Origin: Promethearchaeota archaeon
GTDB lineage: Archaea; Asgardarchaeota; Thorarchaeia; Thorarchaeales; Thorarchaeaceae
NCBI GenBank assembly: GCA_014728035.1
Contig: WJMJ01000046.1
Coordinates: 158,136-222,135 of the forward strand
DNA length: 64,000 bases
Reading direction: 5' to 3'
Made by a program: the position numbers and the translations under genes. The notes under the pieces were generated by a model. That model saw only the letters and a program-made list of their open reading frames with translations. It was not told where the DNA came from and searched no databases. Shown piece after piece: positions 19,004-30,238 of the stretch (positions are counted from its first letter, which is position 1; every line of letters begins with the position of its first letter).

Positions 19004-20656
19004 ATGGCAAAAAGAAACAATCAATTTCTAAAGATTATATGTCATCCTGAGCGCTGCCATAGTTGCGAAAATGCTGAAGACCAAATTTGTGCAAAGCAAA
19101 GATATGCTGAGAAATCATCAAAGCTCGTAATAATCGAAGCAACCAGAGGCATAATTCATTTCATTGACTCGAAAAAGAAGATTCCAAATGATTTGCCTTG
19201 GAAATCTTCTGGTTGGATAACAGTATTCATTGGTAAAGATTATGCAAATAGTTTGTCTAATGATCAAATTATTGACTTGTATGTAATTGAGCCCTATGTG
19301 GTAATATTTACTCAGAAGGAACAAAAAAAATACTTCAAAGCATATCCATTTCTACAAACTACATTAGAACGAGCTTTATTCGAAGAGTTATCCAGCCGGA
19401 TCGAAATGCAAACTTGTAAATTAATAGAAAGAACCACATTAGATAATAAAATAAAGCAGATAAAAAACAAAGTATTAACTGAGATATCAGAATATGTTCC
19501 AGAAATGACCAGTGATGTAAGAAACCGTATTGCTCTACTGATCGCCCATAAATCAACTGTTTTAGAAAAAATGATACCAATCATTTTAGATGAGAAAGTT
19601 GAAGAAATATTCCTAGATCAACCAGATTCAAACATCTATTTCGACCATGGGGAATGGGGGAGATGCGAATCATTCATTTCCGTAAATAAAAGTGATGCCA
19701 AACGAATTGTTACAATGATACGAGCTATTAGTAACTATCATTTGGATAGAACAAATCCATCGCTCAAGTCAGATATTCATTTCTTGGGAACCAATTTGCG
19801 CTTCTCGGTAGCGCTGCCGCCGCTTAGTTCTCGTGGTCTAAACCTGGAAATTCGTCGAGCAAGGAAGATTCCATTTTCAGTAAAAGACCTTATTCTAAAT
19901 GGAACATTGACAAAAGAAGCAGCGATCGTTCTAATAATAGCAATGAATCTAAGATATAATATCACAATAACAGGCGCACCTGGTTCAGGAAAAACTACAC
20001 TTATGAATGCACTGGATATGACAACACCCGATATTTGGAGAAAAGTCTACATTGAAGATGCAATAGAAAGCAGGACAATTGAGGGGCACCATCAAATAAG
20101 AATTAGAGTGGATCCATTTGATGAAAGAAGTGGAATTTTGGATAAAGAGTCAGAAATAGTGAAAACCCTGCATAGATCTCCAGACTACTTAATCCTAGGA
20201 GAAATACAAACTGCAGAACACACCAAAGCTCTATTTCACGCGATGGCAGCTGGTCTTAGAAGTATCCAAACAACACATAGCAGATCAGCATCCAATCTAA
20301 TTACAAGATGGAAAAACAATCATGGAGTGAATTTGTCGAATCTTGCACTTATGGACCTAATTGTAACTATGGATCGCCCGAATCCAGGAAAATCTTTTCG
20401 ATTTGTTTCGGAAATCGTAGAAGTGAAGAGGAAAATTAATTCCCAAGGAATTTTGGTATTTGCAGGGCTAAATACAATATATGATAACGAAAGAGGAATT
20501 ATTGAACTGGCAAATGAGGAATCATATTTTGAACAAATAATGAAATTAAAATCAATCGAGGAAATTCACAAAATTTTAGAAATATGCCAGATAAATGAAG
20601 ATAATTCATACCTATTTAGATTTCTCTCATCACAAATTGACAGACATCAGCAGTAA
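19004..20656 (+). CDS. Type II/IV secretion ATPase (TadA/VirB11/FlaI family)
   Basis: VEEIF, IRR, TGAPGSGKTTLMNAL, IED..E, RSPDYLILGEI, TTHS. Confidence 0.88.
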   Translation: MAKRNNQFLKIICHPERCHSCENAEDQICAKQRYAEKSSKLVIIEATRGIIHFIDSKKKIPNDLPWKSSGWITVFIGKDYANSLSNDQIIDLYVIEPYVVIFTQKEQKKYFKAYPFLQTTLERALFEELSSRIEMQTCKLIERTTLDNKIKQIKNKVLTEISEYVPEMTSDVRNRIALLIAHKSTVLEKMIPIILDEKVEEIFLDQPDSNIYFDHGEWGRCESFISVNKSDAKRIVTMIRAISNYHLDRTNPSLKSDIHFLGTNLRFSVALPPLSSRGLNLEIRRARKIPFSVKDLILNGTLTKEAAIVLIIAMNLRYNITITGAPGSGKTTLMNALDMTTPDIWRKVYIEDAIESRTIEGHHQIRIRVDPFDERSGILDKESEIVKTLHRSPDYLILGEIQTAEHTKALFHAMAAGLRSIQTTHSRSASNLITRWKNNHGVNLSNLALMDLIVTMDRPNPGKSFRFVSEIVEVKRKINSQGILVFAGLNTIYDNERGIIELANEESYFEQIMKLKSIEEIHKILEICQINEDNSYLFRFLSSQIDRHQQ

Positions 20657-20723
20657 CTCGCTTCAGTTTTTTTACGGGTTTAAATGTTCAGAGAAAAACA
20701 CACATGTATCAGAGGGATAAACC

Positions 20724-20924
20724 ATGACAAAAGAAATTATTAAAGATGAAATGGGTGGTCCACTTGTTGAGGAAAGTCTTCTTCTAGGTTTAGCAGTTGT
20801 AACAATTTCTATCGTAATAGCGGTAATATTACAGGCAACTGGTTGGGCACAAGAAGTTATTACAGGATTAGTGGATATGCTCGAAAATAGCTGGAATAAC
20901 CTGAATCAGCTTTTTGTGCCATAA
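20724..20924 (+). CDS. Flp-like small pilin (class III signal peptide)
   Basis: KDEMG|GPLVEE followed by a hydrophobic helix (G-1, E+5); 66 aa; directly after the ATPase. Confidence 0.65.
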   Translation: MTKEIIKDEMGGPLVEESLLLGLAVVTISIVIAVILQATGWAQEVITGLVDMLENSWNNLNQLFVP

Positions 20925-21034
20925 AGATAATGAGCAATCGTTATAGTAATCTACAGCTATATCGTTGTTAAAAACCGCCCGAAACCCTTATTTGGAAATA
21001 GACTGGTTCTGAACCGCTCCGGACTGGTGCATCT

Positions 21035-21138
21035 GCTCCGGTAGATCCGTAATCAATTTATGGAGCCGAGTGTAGTCCGGCCCAGCATGAAGGACTCTCG
21101 ATCCTTCGACCCGGGTTCGAATCCCGGCCGGAGCACCA
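21035..21138 (+). tRNA. tRNA-Glu(CTC) with 26-nt intron at 10/11 (21045-21070)
   Basis: The 3' strand CCGGAGC-A-CCA needs 5' GCTCCGG (21035). BHB-like motif: CGGT/GCCG helix, AGA and AGT bulges, TCCGT/ATGGA inner stem. Confidence 0.85.
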
Positions 21139-21147
21139 ATCTTGTTT

Positions 21148-23115
21148 TTAGCTTAGTAAATATTTTCGCCTGAAGAACGGAATACATACTATTAGTGTGG
21201 ATATTGAACTTGTTATAAAAATCCCCGGAAGGCCAATTCCTTGTGATGCTAATATCTCATCATGACTTATACAAATTGCTACAATGCCAGTTTTATTTAA
21301 GAATCTACTATTTTCTTCGATTTCGTATTTCAAAATATAACAACCAGAGGTGTTGGGCATAGGAATAACAATATGTAAATATCCATCAGAATTAGATACA
21401 ACGGAATGAGATATATTTAGCCATTCATAGGTGAACCCCATATTTTCTGCAGCAACACCATTCAAACCAATTAGTGAAAAATCTAGATGAATTTGTTGCA
21501 AGGGACAACTTGTGAATCTATCTATCAATAGTACTGTTAAGGGAACCTGTTCGCATATATTTATCGAATATATGAAGCACACCGGAGTTTCATATCTAGT
21601 TTCATTCCCATCATATTGTATTACGTACTGATATTTTCCAGTTTCAGAAGGACAGGTGATATCAAATGAAGCTAAACCATTAACGGTGGTGTAAATGGAC
21701 ATAAGAACTGAACTTTCCAGTAATACATATAATACACAATGTGAAAGAGGATGTGTTTCATTAATAATAGTGAACTCAAAGTGGATAACCTGACGAGGGA
21801 AGGCATATCCATCGATGGATGAATTTATTAAAGTAATAGTAGGCCTTGACCAGATTGTTGCGATATATGAAACTGATTGATTGACAAACTGATTCTGAAT
21901 CAATATAGCAAATTTTCTAAGCCCTTTTTTCCCTACTATTTCAAATCTGAAAGCAGCAGAAATGTTAGAAAGAGAATCAATTGGATAGTGAAAAATATCT
22001 AAAGATAAGTCATGAATAACCACATTCAGATCATAAAGAGTACGATTAAAAATATCTGAAACTGTCACATTAATTGATACAAGTTCATTCAATATATAGG
22101 AAGAGTTGGTACTGATAACTGCAAGAGGTGATGAGAGGATTATTGAGTGTTTTGTAGTTACAGTATTATAACGTGAGTTACCATCAAAAACAATAGCAAG
22201 AGAATGATTGAACAGTTCAAAGGATTCATCAAATTCTAGAAAGAAATCAATGAACCCACTTTCATTTGTTTGTTGAATCTCATATACTTCATAATCTATC
22301 AATATGGTAATGGGTACTCCTGCAATGGGAGAATCAAATGAAGCAAGTTGGAAATGGAATGATGATGAATCATTCAGAGATGCATGAATGATTTCAGAAT
22401 AATTGGAATGAAATTGAGTTTCCAATTTATGAATCTCAAAAGTATAAAGGGAACTACTTGAGGAATAGAAACGATTCGAATCATCATGCACGGTTATTAG
22501 AAGTTGGTTATCACCCAAGCTAAAAACATCTAATTCACATTTAATACGAAAAGAAGTCGATCCATTTTGGTTAGTTGTCGATGTATCAAGAATTGTATCT
22601 TCAAAAAATACTGATACATTCACATCACCTAATGTGAAACCAGAATCATCGAATACAGATACATCTAGTTGCATAAAATCATCAGGAACATAAATCGAAG
22701 CGTTAGCTTCGATATTAGCAGTGGTGGATGAATATAATTCAAAGAAGTAAAATTGAACTGAAGGATAAAGATATTCAGACTGATTTCCTCTGAAGGTGGC
22801 ATTCAAAAGAGTGGGGCCTAATGAATGAGTGTATGGAATTGTCCACTCAATACAAGCATAGCCTGTTTCATCTGTAATACTAAAACCTAACAAAGTATTC
22901 TCAGTTTCATCATAAAACTGGATTTTTTGATTAGGAACAGGATCTCCATAGGTACCATTTTGAAGCAAAGTCACCCCAAAAGACAAAGTATCACCACGTT
23001 CATAGATATCTGTATTATCTGCCGAAACATCAGAAATTGTGAAAAATAAGAAACAGCATATGAAACAGAAAAATAAGAGAGGTGGTGATATTTTGTTCAA
23101 CGATATACACTCCAA
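21148..23115 (-). CDS. Membrane-anchored secreted Ig-like repeat protein
   Basis: Signal peptide, repeated T(D/N)xxG.A motifs, C-terminal TM followed by RRK. Confidence 0.7.
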   Translation of the reverse strand: MECISLNKISPPLLFFCFICCFLFFTISDVSADNTDIYERGDTLSFGVTLLQNGTYGDPVPNQKIQFYDETENTLLGFSITDETGYACIEWTIPYTHSLGPTLLNATFRGNQSEYLYPSVQFYFFELYSSTTANIEANASIYVPDDFMQLDVSVFDDSGFTLGDVNVSVFFEDTILDTSTTNQNGSTSFRIKCELDVFSLGDNQLLITVHDDSNRFYSSSSSLYTFEIHKLETQFHSNYSEIIHASLNDSSSFHFQLASFDSPIAGVPITILIDYEVYEIQQTNESGFIDFFLEFDESFELFNHSLAIVFDGNSRYNTVTTKHSIILSSPLAVISTNSSYILNELVSINVTVSDIFNRTLYDLNVVIHDLSLDIFHYPIDSLSNISAAFRFEIVGKKGLRKFAILIQNQFVNQSVSYIATIWSRPTITLINSSIDGYAFPRQVIHFEFTIINETHPLSHCVLYVLLESSVLMSIYTTVNGLASFDITCPSETGKYQYVIQYDGNETRYETPVCFIYSINICEQVPLTVLLIDRFTSCPLQQIHLDFSLIGLNGVAAENMGFTYEWLNISHSVVSNSDGYLHIVIPMPNTSGCYILKYEIEENSRFLNKTGIVAICISHDEILASQGIGLPGIFITSSISTLIVCIPFFRRKYLLS

Positions 23116-23347
23116 ATATCTAGTAATAGTAATTTCAGAACGACTTGAATCATTTCAAGAATAATATCAGATTTGACATATTTAAGGTCCAATCTCAATT
23201 AGAATAGAAGCCAAATCAGAAATTGCTAATGAGTTAGCACCAGAATTCAACGATTGAATGAAGTATTCAATTTCAAGTGGTGTTCATATGGGTTTGAATG
23301 AACATAAGATTGAGCTCCTAAATGGAAAAAATTACGGTGAATAGTGG

Positions 23348-26300
23348 GTGCAACCTTTGAAATGGCAAGATTTCACAAAAGATGCTATAGCTCAAAAAAT
23401 TAGTAGAAATCAGATACAAAAGATATGGTTTTTCTGTTTTATTATTTCATGTGTGTATTTCATCATTGGATACCTCTTGCCACTTGTTGTCGAGGATTTT
23501 ATGTTTATACTGCCAGGGAAAAATCTGATTGAGTATGGTATCTACAGTATACCCGTCATAATATCAACTCTTTACGCGTACTTGACCATATCTGAAGAGG
23601 ATATCATCCACAAAATTGATGGGCCCTATCAAACTATTCAAGTTGGAAATAGTTTCGTCTTGACACAATGCTTTGAAATTCAGACGGTTTCAAGTAATTT
23701 AGAAAGTACTATAGAACCAACATCCAAATACGAAACATCAATGCTTCTTGCCCTAAGGGCAGGTATGGACCAGAATGTAAGTATGGCATATGAAACAGGT
23801 GTTTTTCAAGGAACTCCTTTTATCAGGTTAGCAATCTCAGTAGTAGGTAAGAATATAGATGAGCTAAAACAATTTCTCAGAAGAGAAGCGATACGATCTG
23901 AAGCAATAATAATTTCTTCCATAGAAGGAGCTAGTCTCAGACTGCTAGAAAATATTGAATTAGATGATGCACTATCACAGTTTACCAATACTGAAAATGC
24001 CATTATTGATGAGCCTGAATTAATTAAGACAAGTATGATATCAATAAAAGGAAATCCCAAGATAAATCCAACATTACAATCAACACAAATTGACAAATTC
24101 CTTTCTACTGCTCTTAAACAGCAATATTCTGTTTGTCTTACAACAGTATTTTCAAGAGCTGAATCAGGTAAAGAAAAAAAGAAACTCGAATCTAAATATA
24201 AAAAGATAAGGACAAAAGAAAAAGAGAAAGAAGACTCTTTAACGGATTATGCAGAAAAACAACGAATTTTGAAACAGTATGAAAAAGTTCAAAATGACTC
24301 TGGATGGTTTGATACTTCAACATATATTCTATTCAGAGAAAGCTTAGACAAAATAGATTCGCTCCAGCAAGCAGTAAAGGGAATCGTATTATCTATATGG
24401 GGAGGCACGAATGAAATCGAACTATCAGAAAAGAATATTGGGACTAAGACTAAAATTCAGCTGCAATCAAGAAGACATATCAAGAAGTACAAATTACATG
24501 TTACGGAATTAGCAGCTTTTGTGAATCTGCCAATTCAGCCACTTCCTGTAATTTCTTCAATACCAAAACCCACTTTTTCTGTCCCATCGAAAGAAAGTGT
24601 GGATAATGAACTTGTTATCGGAAAAATGATTTTTGAAGACAAACCAATAGGATCTGTTGGTCTAAAAGAGAACTGGCTTAGAGAACACCTTGCTGTTCTT
24701 GGAGCAACTGGAACTGGGAAAACCACCTTAGTGAGGAAACTAATTCACGAAATTAGTACTAAGACAAATATTCCCTGGTGGATATTTGATGTGAAAGGTT
24801 CCGAATATGCAGATTTAGCTAAAGAAGATCCAAATGGAGTTGTGATTCGTCCAGGACTTGATGAAACTTTTACCCTTCATCTTCTGAATCCAAGGAGTAA
24901 AGATATTCAACAGGAAAGTCATACAACATTTTTGATACTGAGAGAATTGCTAAGAGAAAGAAATAGCTCATCAGAACTTTCTCCAGCCATGGAGAGGGTG
25001 TTAAGAGAATCTATAATTGAATTAGCAGAAAAAGAAAACCTAGCCAAATCTGTAGAGAATCTTGTAGAGATAATAAAAAAGAATGCAACTGATAATAGAA
25101 CAGGAGATCTAACTAAAGACGCACTACTGAATAGACTTGAAATATTATTGAGAGATCCCTTGGGTACAATTCTAAGTGGTGGGAAAGGTGCGATTGATAT
25201 AGAGAATCTCCTTGACAGAAGAGTAGTTTTTGATTTACGATATGTTTCCAGAAAGGGAGGAATGGATGCTGCTAGATTATTGTACAATCTTGTTGCTAAA
25301 AAGATATTTGACGTTTCAATGAAAAGAGGTATTACTCCAAAAGTACATCATATTGTTGTTCTAGAAGAGGCTAGTAACCTTGTTCCAGAAAGTTATACTC
25401 GAAGCTCTGCAGCTGATGTAACAACTGGGGAGTCCATGGTGCTTCTTCAAAGAGCAACTGGTCAAGGAGTCATAGTTGTATCAACTAGGCCAAATATATC
25501 ATCTAACATTTTAGCAAATACAGCAACAAAGATAACGTTCAGATTGCCATATGATAGCTCTATTGGTGGAAGGTTTTTGGCATTGGAGGAGCTACAAGAA
25601 AAATATCTTCGCACCATGCAAAGAGGAAGAGCAATAGCAATATTCCCAGGAACGGAAGCTTTCGAAATAGCAACGGAAAAACCATCGGACATGATTTCAA
25701 TATTTGATCAAGATACAGAATCTAAGGATCAAATACGAATTGAAACACATCATTATGAGTCAAGTGTTCAGGATAAAGAAGAATCTACATCGATATATGA
25801 TAGGTTTGGAAACATCGCAAATCATATTGTTGCATTTCTTGCATCTAATAAAATGGCAACAGAGGAGGGGATAATAGGTCACATCGAATCATTAGAGATG
25901 AATATTAGTAAAGAAGATGTAAGAGAAATCATTTGGGAACTGATATCTCTTGGGACGATTCAGAGAGAATCCATATCACTTGTTGGAGGAGGTTTCATTT
26001 TCTGTTTGCCAAACTGCGGGAAAGATTCAGTTAAACAAGTTATAGTAGACTACATTGTATCAAAGCTTACGGAAATAGACGAAGAAATAGATTATCAAAC
26101 TATGAACGGAAATCCTACTCTAGTAGTTAATAAGACAGGTATAGCTATATTTCCAGAACATATCAAGGCATCCGAATTAAATCAGATAATGGAGAACATA
26201 TCAGAAATTTTGAATAACCATACTTCATATCATAGCTTGATTGTGATTGTCAGAGGTAGTGTGGCAGCCGCTGAATTGAGAGAGTTAATAGAAAATAGTG

Positions 26301-27052
26301 AAAGCCATGAAGATGTGTCTGTAATTCCTGCATTCCCTTCATCAATTGATCAAATGCTAAAAACCCATGTTCAAGAGTCAAGACCTGCAACCGTTACGAA
26401 GAAAGCCTCAAAAAGTCAATATATTCCTTCAAAGGATTCACAAATAATAGCTCCTGAAAGAGCAGAAACAAAAAACAAAAGAACACAGTTAAAAATATGG
26501 AAAGACTTGGTTCTTAAATTTGTTAAGATATCTGATGGTAGTATTGAATGGAACAACTTGCTAGAATTTATAGAAACTACGGCTATTCAATCGCATAACA
26601 AAAGGTCAATTCCATTAGATATCGAAATGGGAACAAAATGTTTGAAAGAGTTACTAGCAGACGAAGAGCTTATTGCAATTCGTATAGGTGAATATACAAC
26701 AATTAACGGCTATTCGCCTGGTTTGTGGGTGCTTGGTGCAAATCAAATTATGAAAATCAAAGAACATGTAATTCAAGACATCCAAAAACATCTTTTGAAA
26801 AAGTCAAATAAAATTGGATTGGCCCATGAATCATATGATATCTGTGATGGTACGACTTCATATATCATTTTACCTTCACAGAAACAACTTTCAGAAATTT
26901 CAAATTGTGAAAAAGAGGTGAAATGTGAAGTCTGTGGTGCTACAAAAATAATATGTATAGTTGCAGCTTCTGAATATATTGATGAAAGGTTGTTGAAAAA
27001 AGAAAATATTCAGATTCGAACTATTGAAGAAGGGATAACTATACTGACATAA
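23348..27052 (+). CDS. Membrane-anchored HerA/VirB4-like ATPase with long extensions
   Basis: Two N-terminal TM helices, EHLAVLGATGTGKT, IFDVKGSEY, VVLEEA, STRP..ILANT.TKI.FRL. Confidence 0.82.
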   Translation: MQPLKWQDFTKDAIAQKISRNQIQKIWFFCFIISCVYFIIGYLLPLVVEDFMFILPGKNLIEYGIYSIPVIISTLYAYLTISEEDIIHKIDGPYQTIQVGNSFVLTQCFEIQTVSSNLESTIEPTSKYETSMLLALRAGMDQNVSMAYETGVFQGTPFIRLAISVVGKNIDELKQFLRREAIRSEAIIISSIEGASLRLLENIELDDALSQFTNTENAIIDEPELIKTSMISIKGNPKINPTLQSTQIDKFLSTALKQQYSVCLTTVFSRAESGKEKKKLESKYKKIRTKEKEKEDSLTDYAEKQRILKQYEKVQNDSGWFDTSTYILFRESLDKIDSLQQAVKGIVLSIWGGTNEIELSEKNIGTKTKIQLQSRRHIKKYKLHVTELAAFVNLPIQPLPVISSIPKPTFSVPSKESVDNELVIGKMIFEDKPIGSVGLKENWLREHLAVLGATGTGKTTLVRKLIHEISTKTNIPWWIFDVKGSEYADLAKEDPNGVVIRPGLDETFTLHLLNPRSKDIQQESHTTFLILRELLRERNSSSELSPAMERVLRESIIELAEKENLAKSVENLVEIIKKNATDNRTGDLTKDALLNRLEILLRDPLGTILSGGKGAIDIENLLDRRVVFDLRYVSRKGGMDAARLLYNLVAKKIFDVSMKRGITPKVHHIVVLEEASNLVPESYTRSSAADVTTGESMVLLQRATGQGVIVVSTRPNISSNILANTATKITFRLPYDSSIGGRFLALEELQEKYLRTMQRGRAIAIFPGTEAFEIATEKPSDMISIFDQDTESKDQIRIETHHYESSVQDKEESTSIYDRFGNIANHIVAFLASNKMATEEGIIGHIESLEMNISKEDVREIIWELISLGTIQRESISLVGGGFIFCLPNCGKDSVKQVIVDYIVSKLTEIDEEIDYQTMNGNPTLVVNKTGIAIFPEHIKASELNQIMENISEILNNHTSYHSLIVIVRGSVAAAELRELIENSESHEDVSVIPAFPSSIDQMLKTHVQESRPATVTKKASKSQYIPSKDSQIIAPERAETKNKRTQLKIWKDLVLKFVKISDGSIEWNNLLEFIETTAIQSHNKRSIPLDIEMGTKCLKELLADEELIAIRIGEYTTINGYSPGLWVLGANQIMKIKEHVIQDIQKHLLKKSNKIGLAHESYDICDGTTSYIILPSQKQLSEISNCEKEVKCEVCGATKIICIVAASEYIDERLLKKENIQIRTIEEGITILT

Positions 27053-27055
27053 AGA

Positions 27056-27865
27056 TTATAGCTCGATTATGGTACATTTTGTATCCTTACCGGATAATAG
27101 AGATTTTAATCTTCCAGGAACAAGCAAATTGAATATTATGGTTCTAGAATTCTTAGAAATATGAACAAGTTCCTGAATCTTTCTAAGCATACCTCCAGTG
27201 ACATCTTTAGATTTAGAAGGTCCAACCATTGATAGAACTTGCTCGAGATTGAATCTTTCGATTTTGGGAATGAATGTGGCGGAGGGGTTTTCTTTAGGAT
27301 CTTCAATAAAAATACCATCAACATCAGTACCAACAAAAATTGAATCTATTGGCAACTTCTTTGTAATCTCAGCAATTATTGTATCTCCACTAAGAATAGC
27401 ACTTCCTTTCGAGAGGTCGTAACAGACATCTCCATGGATAAGAACGTTGCACCCGGATTCAAGGATTTTCAAAATAATGTCTACTGGGAAGGAAAGAGGA
27501 ACTCCATCTTGTAACATTACAAAATTGAAAGGAGAAACAACTACTGAAGGAATGCCGAGTGAATTAAAGATGGATTCAACATCTAAGGAGAGAATAGTCA
27601 TATTATGACGAATAAGTGGAATTCCAGAAAGTAAAGTAGACTTGGAAGTACTGGAATCATTATATCCAAATTTGTGAGCTGCTTGATGCCCATGAGCACC
27701 CCCACCAAGAACAAAAATCATAGGATTTGAAATATGAGTTATTTCAGTGGCAATCTGTCTAATAATTTCACGATTTGATTTGGGCGGTGATTGATTCTTG
27801 TACGTAATAACAGACCCACCAAGTTTTACCATACTATAGGAATTCATCGCAAACCAAGATTGCAA
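27056..27865 (-). CDS. Isopentenyl phosphate kinase
   Basis: KLGGSVIT.K, GGGAHGH, HGDV, SGD, DVTGGM..K. Confidence 0.88.
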   Translation of the reverse strand: MQSWFAMNSYSMVKLGGSVITYKNQSPPKSNREIIRQIATEITHISNPMIFVLGGGAHGHQAAHKFGYNDSSTSKSTLLSGIPLIRHNMTILSLDVESIFNSLGIPSVVVSPFNFVMLQDGVPLSFPVDIILKILESGCNVLIHGDVCYDLSKGSAILSGDTIIAEITKKLPIDSIFVGTDVDGIFIEDPKENPSATFIPKIERFNLEQVLSMVGPSKSKDVTGGMLRKIQELVHISKNSRTIIFNLLVPGRLKSLLSGKDTKCTIIEL

Positions 27866-27998
27866 AACAGATAAAGGGCTATTAACCTATTTATGGAAGA
27901 CATCTAAATCTGAATGGAAATATATCAGTCACAAGATAACCTTTTTATCCATATTTAGATTCACCTGAATGAACAGCCCAGCCAGAAGGGATTGCAAT

Positions 27999-28310
27999 AT
28001 GACACAGAGAGCCAGAATTCGTCTTTCAAGTACTAGTACAGAACATCTAGATGGAGTATGCAATCAAATCAAACGTATAACACGAAAAACAGGTGTACGT
28101 ATGTCAGGACCAATCCCACTTCCTACTCGTAGAATGGTCATTCCTACAAGGAAAACACCATGTGGTGATGGATCACAATCCTGGGACAAATGGGAGATGC
28201 GAGTTCACAAAAGACTCATTGATATCGATGCAGACGAGCGTGCAATACGTCAGATTATGCGTGTAAGAATACCAGACTCTGTTTACATTGAAATTGAACT
28301 TACAGGATAA
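27999..28310 (+). CDS. rpsJ: 30S ribosomal protein uS10
   Basis: [33 protein letters not shown]. Confidence 0.97.
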   Translation: MTQRARIRLSSTSTEHLDGVCNQIKRITRKTGVRMSGPIPLPTRRMVIPTRKTPCGDGSQSWDKWEMRVHKRLIDIDADERAIRQIMRVRIPDSVYIEIELTG

Positions 28311-28380
28311 AAGAAAAAGCACAAACCATTTGTGCATAGAATCCTATTTCTTTCTGTAATATCATGAGGAGTCATATCCT

Positions 28381-30204
28381 GTGTGTGGAATTATAGCAGT
28401 AATACAGAAGAAAGGACAAGTTGCCCCATTTCTTCATCAAGCATTGAAACGTCTAGAATATAGAGGATATGATTCTGTAGGAATCACAACTATCAGTGAA
28501 GATCAACTCTTCACAAAGAAAGACAAAGGAAAAATCGATGAGGTCCATAAGAAACTTAACTTAGATAATTTACCAGGTAGTATAGGAATCGGACACACAA
28601 GATGGGCAACACATGGAATTCCTTCTTTATATAATTCACATCCACATTTTGATTGTTATGAAAAAATAGCTGTGGTTCACAATGGAGTGATAGACAACTT
28701 TTTGGAGCTTAGAAAGAAGCTTCTGAAGAAAGGTCATACCTTTGGCTCTGAAACTGATACCGAAGTCATTCCCCATATGATAGAAGATGAGATGAAATCA
28801 GGGAGTTCCTTAAAAGAAGCAATCAAAAATGTAACTGAGCGAATAGAGGGAACATATGCAATAGTTGCTATGTCAATTCACGAACCAGACAAAATTATCT
28901 GTACGAGAAATGGAAATCCATTAGTAATAGGAAAAAAGGAAGGTACATCATATGTGTCATCTGATATTCCAGCATTTCTTCCAATGACGAACAGTATGAT
29001 TCTACTGTTAGATGGTGAAATTGCTACATTGACAACTGACGATGTAAGAATTGAGAAGCTATCTGATGGCAGTGTTATCGAAAGAGATACTATCAAGATT
29101 AGCTGGACAGCAAGTCAAGCCCAGAAAGGTGGATTTCCACACTTCATGCTGAAAGAAATCCATGAACAACCAGACGCAATCAAACAAACACTACGAATTA
29201 GACCTGAAATGTTTGTAAAAGCAGCAAATACAATTCAAGAAGCAAATCGAGTGTATTTTCTTGCAATGGGAACCTCGGGACATTCCGCAATGGCCGGAAG
29301 GTATATGTTTGCCTCATCCTCAGGAATTGTACCTTCATTTGAACTAGCAAGTGATTTTACAGATATCATGTATGACTCTATTTCAGAAGATGATTGTATT
29401 ATTGCCATTACTCAATCAGGTGAAACAACTGATACGATAACTTCAGTAAAATATGCAAAAGAACATGGGGCAAAAATTATTGCTATAACAAATGTAGTTG
29501 GTAGTTCGATTACGAGAATTGCAGATCATACTATAATAACACAAGCGGGACCAGAAATAGGAGTAGCGGCAACAAAAACATTGATGGTGCAGTTGGCTGC
29601 ACTGGCACAGTTATCAATTCATACTGGACAAATAACCGAGTTTCGAACAAATGAATTTCTTATGAGAATGAGAGAAAACTTAGAGGAAGTTCCAGATAAA
29701 ATATCAAATATAATTGCTATCGAGGAAGAAAAAGCAAGAAGACTGGCAAGGATATACTATAACAAACCCAGCTTTCTATTCTTGGGTCGGGGCATATCAA
29801 TCTCAACTGCATTTGAAGGAGCATTAAAGCTAAAGGAGATATCTTATAATCATGCGGAAGGTTATTCGGCAGGAGAATCAAAACATGGTCCAATAGCACT
29901 TGTTGAGAAAGGATATCCAGTTATATTTGTTGCACCCAAAGATAGTACACATGGACGGATTATTGGAAATGTGATGGAAATGAAGTCACGTGGTGCTGAA
30001 ATTATCTCGGTAATAGAGGAGAGTGATTCAGATTTGCTTGAACTTTCAGATCATGCTTTCCAAATACCATCAGGAATTAGACACGAGTTCTCACCTATGG
30101 CATACGTTGTACCATTACAGCTCTTCAGTTACTATATGGCAAGAAGAAATGGATATGATCCAGACAAACCAAGAAACCTTGCAAAATCAGTCACAGTTCT
30201 TTGA
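28381..30204 (+). CDS. glmS: Glutamine-fructose-6-phosphate aminotransferase
   Basis: CGI N-terminus, LEYRGYDS, GHTRWATHG, QSGET, PRNLAKSVT. Confidence 0.97.
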   Translation: MCGIIAVIQKKGQVAPFLHQALKRLEYRGYDSVGITTISEDQLFTKKDKGKIDEVHKKLNLDNLPGSIGIGHTRWATHGIPSLYNSHPHFDCYEKIAVVHNGVIDNFLELRKKLLKKGHTFGSETDTEVIPHMIEDEMKSGSSLKEAIKNVTERIEGTYAIVAMSIHEPDKIICTRNGNPLVIGKKEGTSYVSSDIPAFLPMTNSMILLLDGEIATLTTDDVRIEKLSDGSVIERDTIKISWTASQAQKGGFPHFMLKEIHEQPDAIKQTLRIRPEMFVKAANTIQEANRVYFLAMGTSGHSAMAGRYMFASSSGIVPSFELASDFTDIMYDSISEDDCIIAITQSGETTDTITSVKYAKEHGAKIIAITNVVGSSITRIADHTIITQAGPEIGVAATKTLMVQLAALAQLSIHTGQITEFRTNEFLMRMRENLEEVPDKISNIIAIEEEKARRLARIYYNKPSFLFLGRGISISTAFEGALKLKEISYNHAEGYSAGESKHGPIALVEKGYPVIFVAPKDSTHGRIIGNVMEMKSRGAEIISVIEESDSDLLELSDHAFQIPSGIRHEFSPMAYVVPLQLFSYYMARRNGYDPDKPRNLAKSVTVL

Positions 30205-30238
30205 CGAGTTTATATTCTAAGGCTCGAAAAAGTAGTTA

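Noticed and set aside
21016-21147. tRNA-Glu as att site of an integrated element carrying the secretion genes
   Set aside because: No integrase and no duplicated tRNA 3' end found; the genes are interspersed with core genes.
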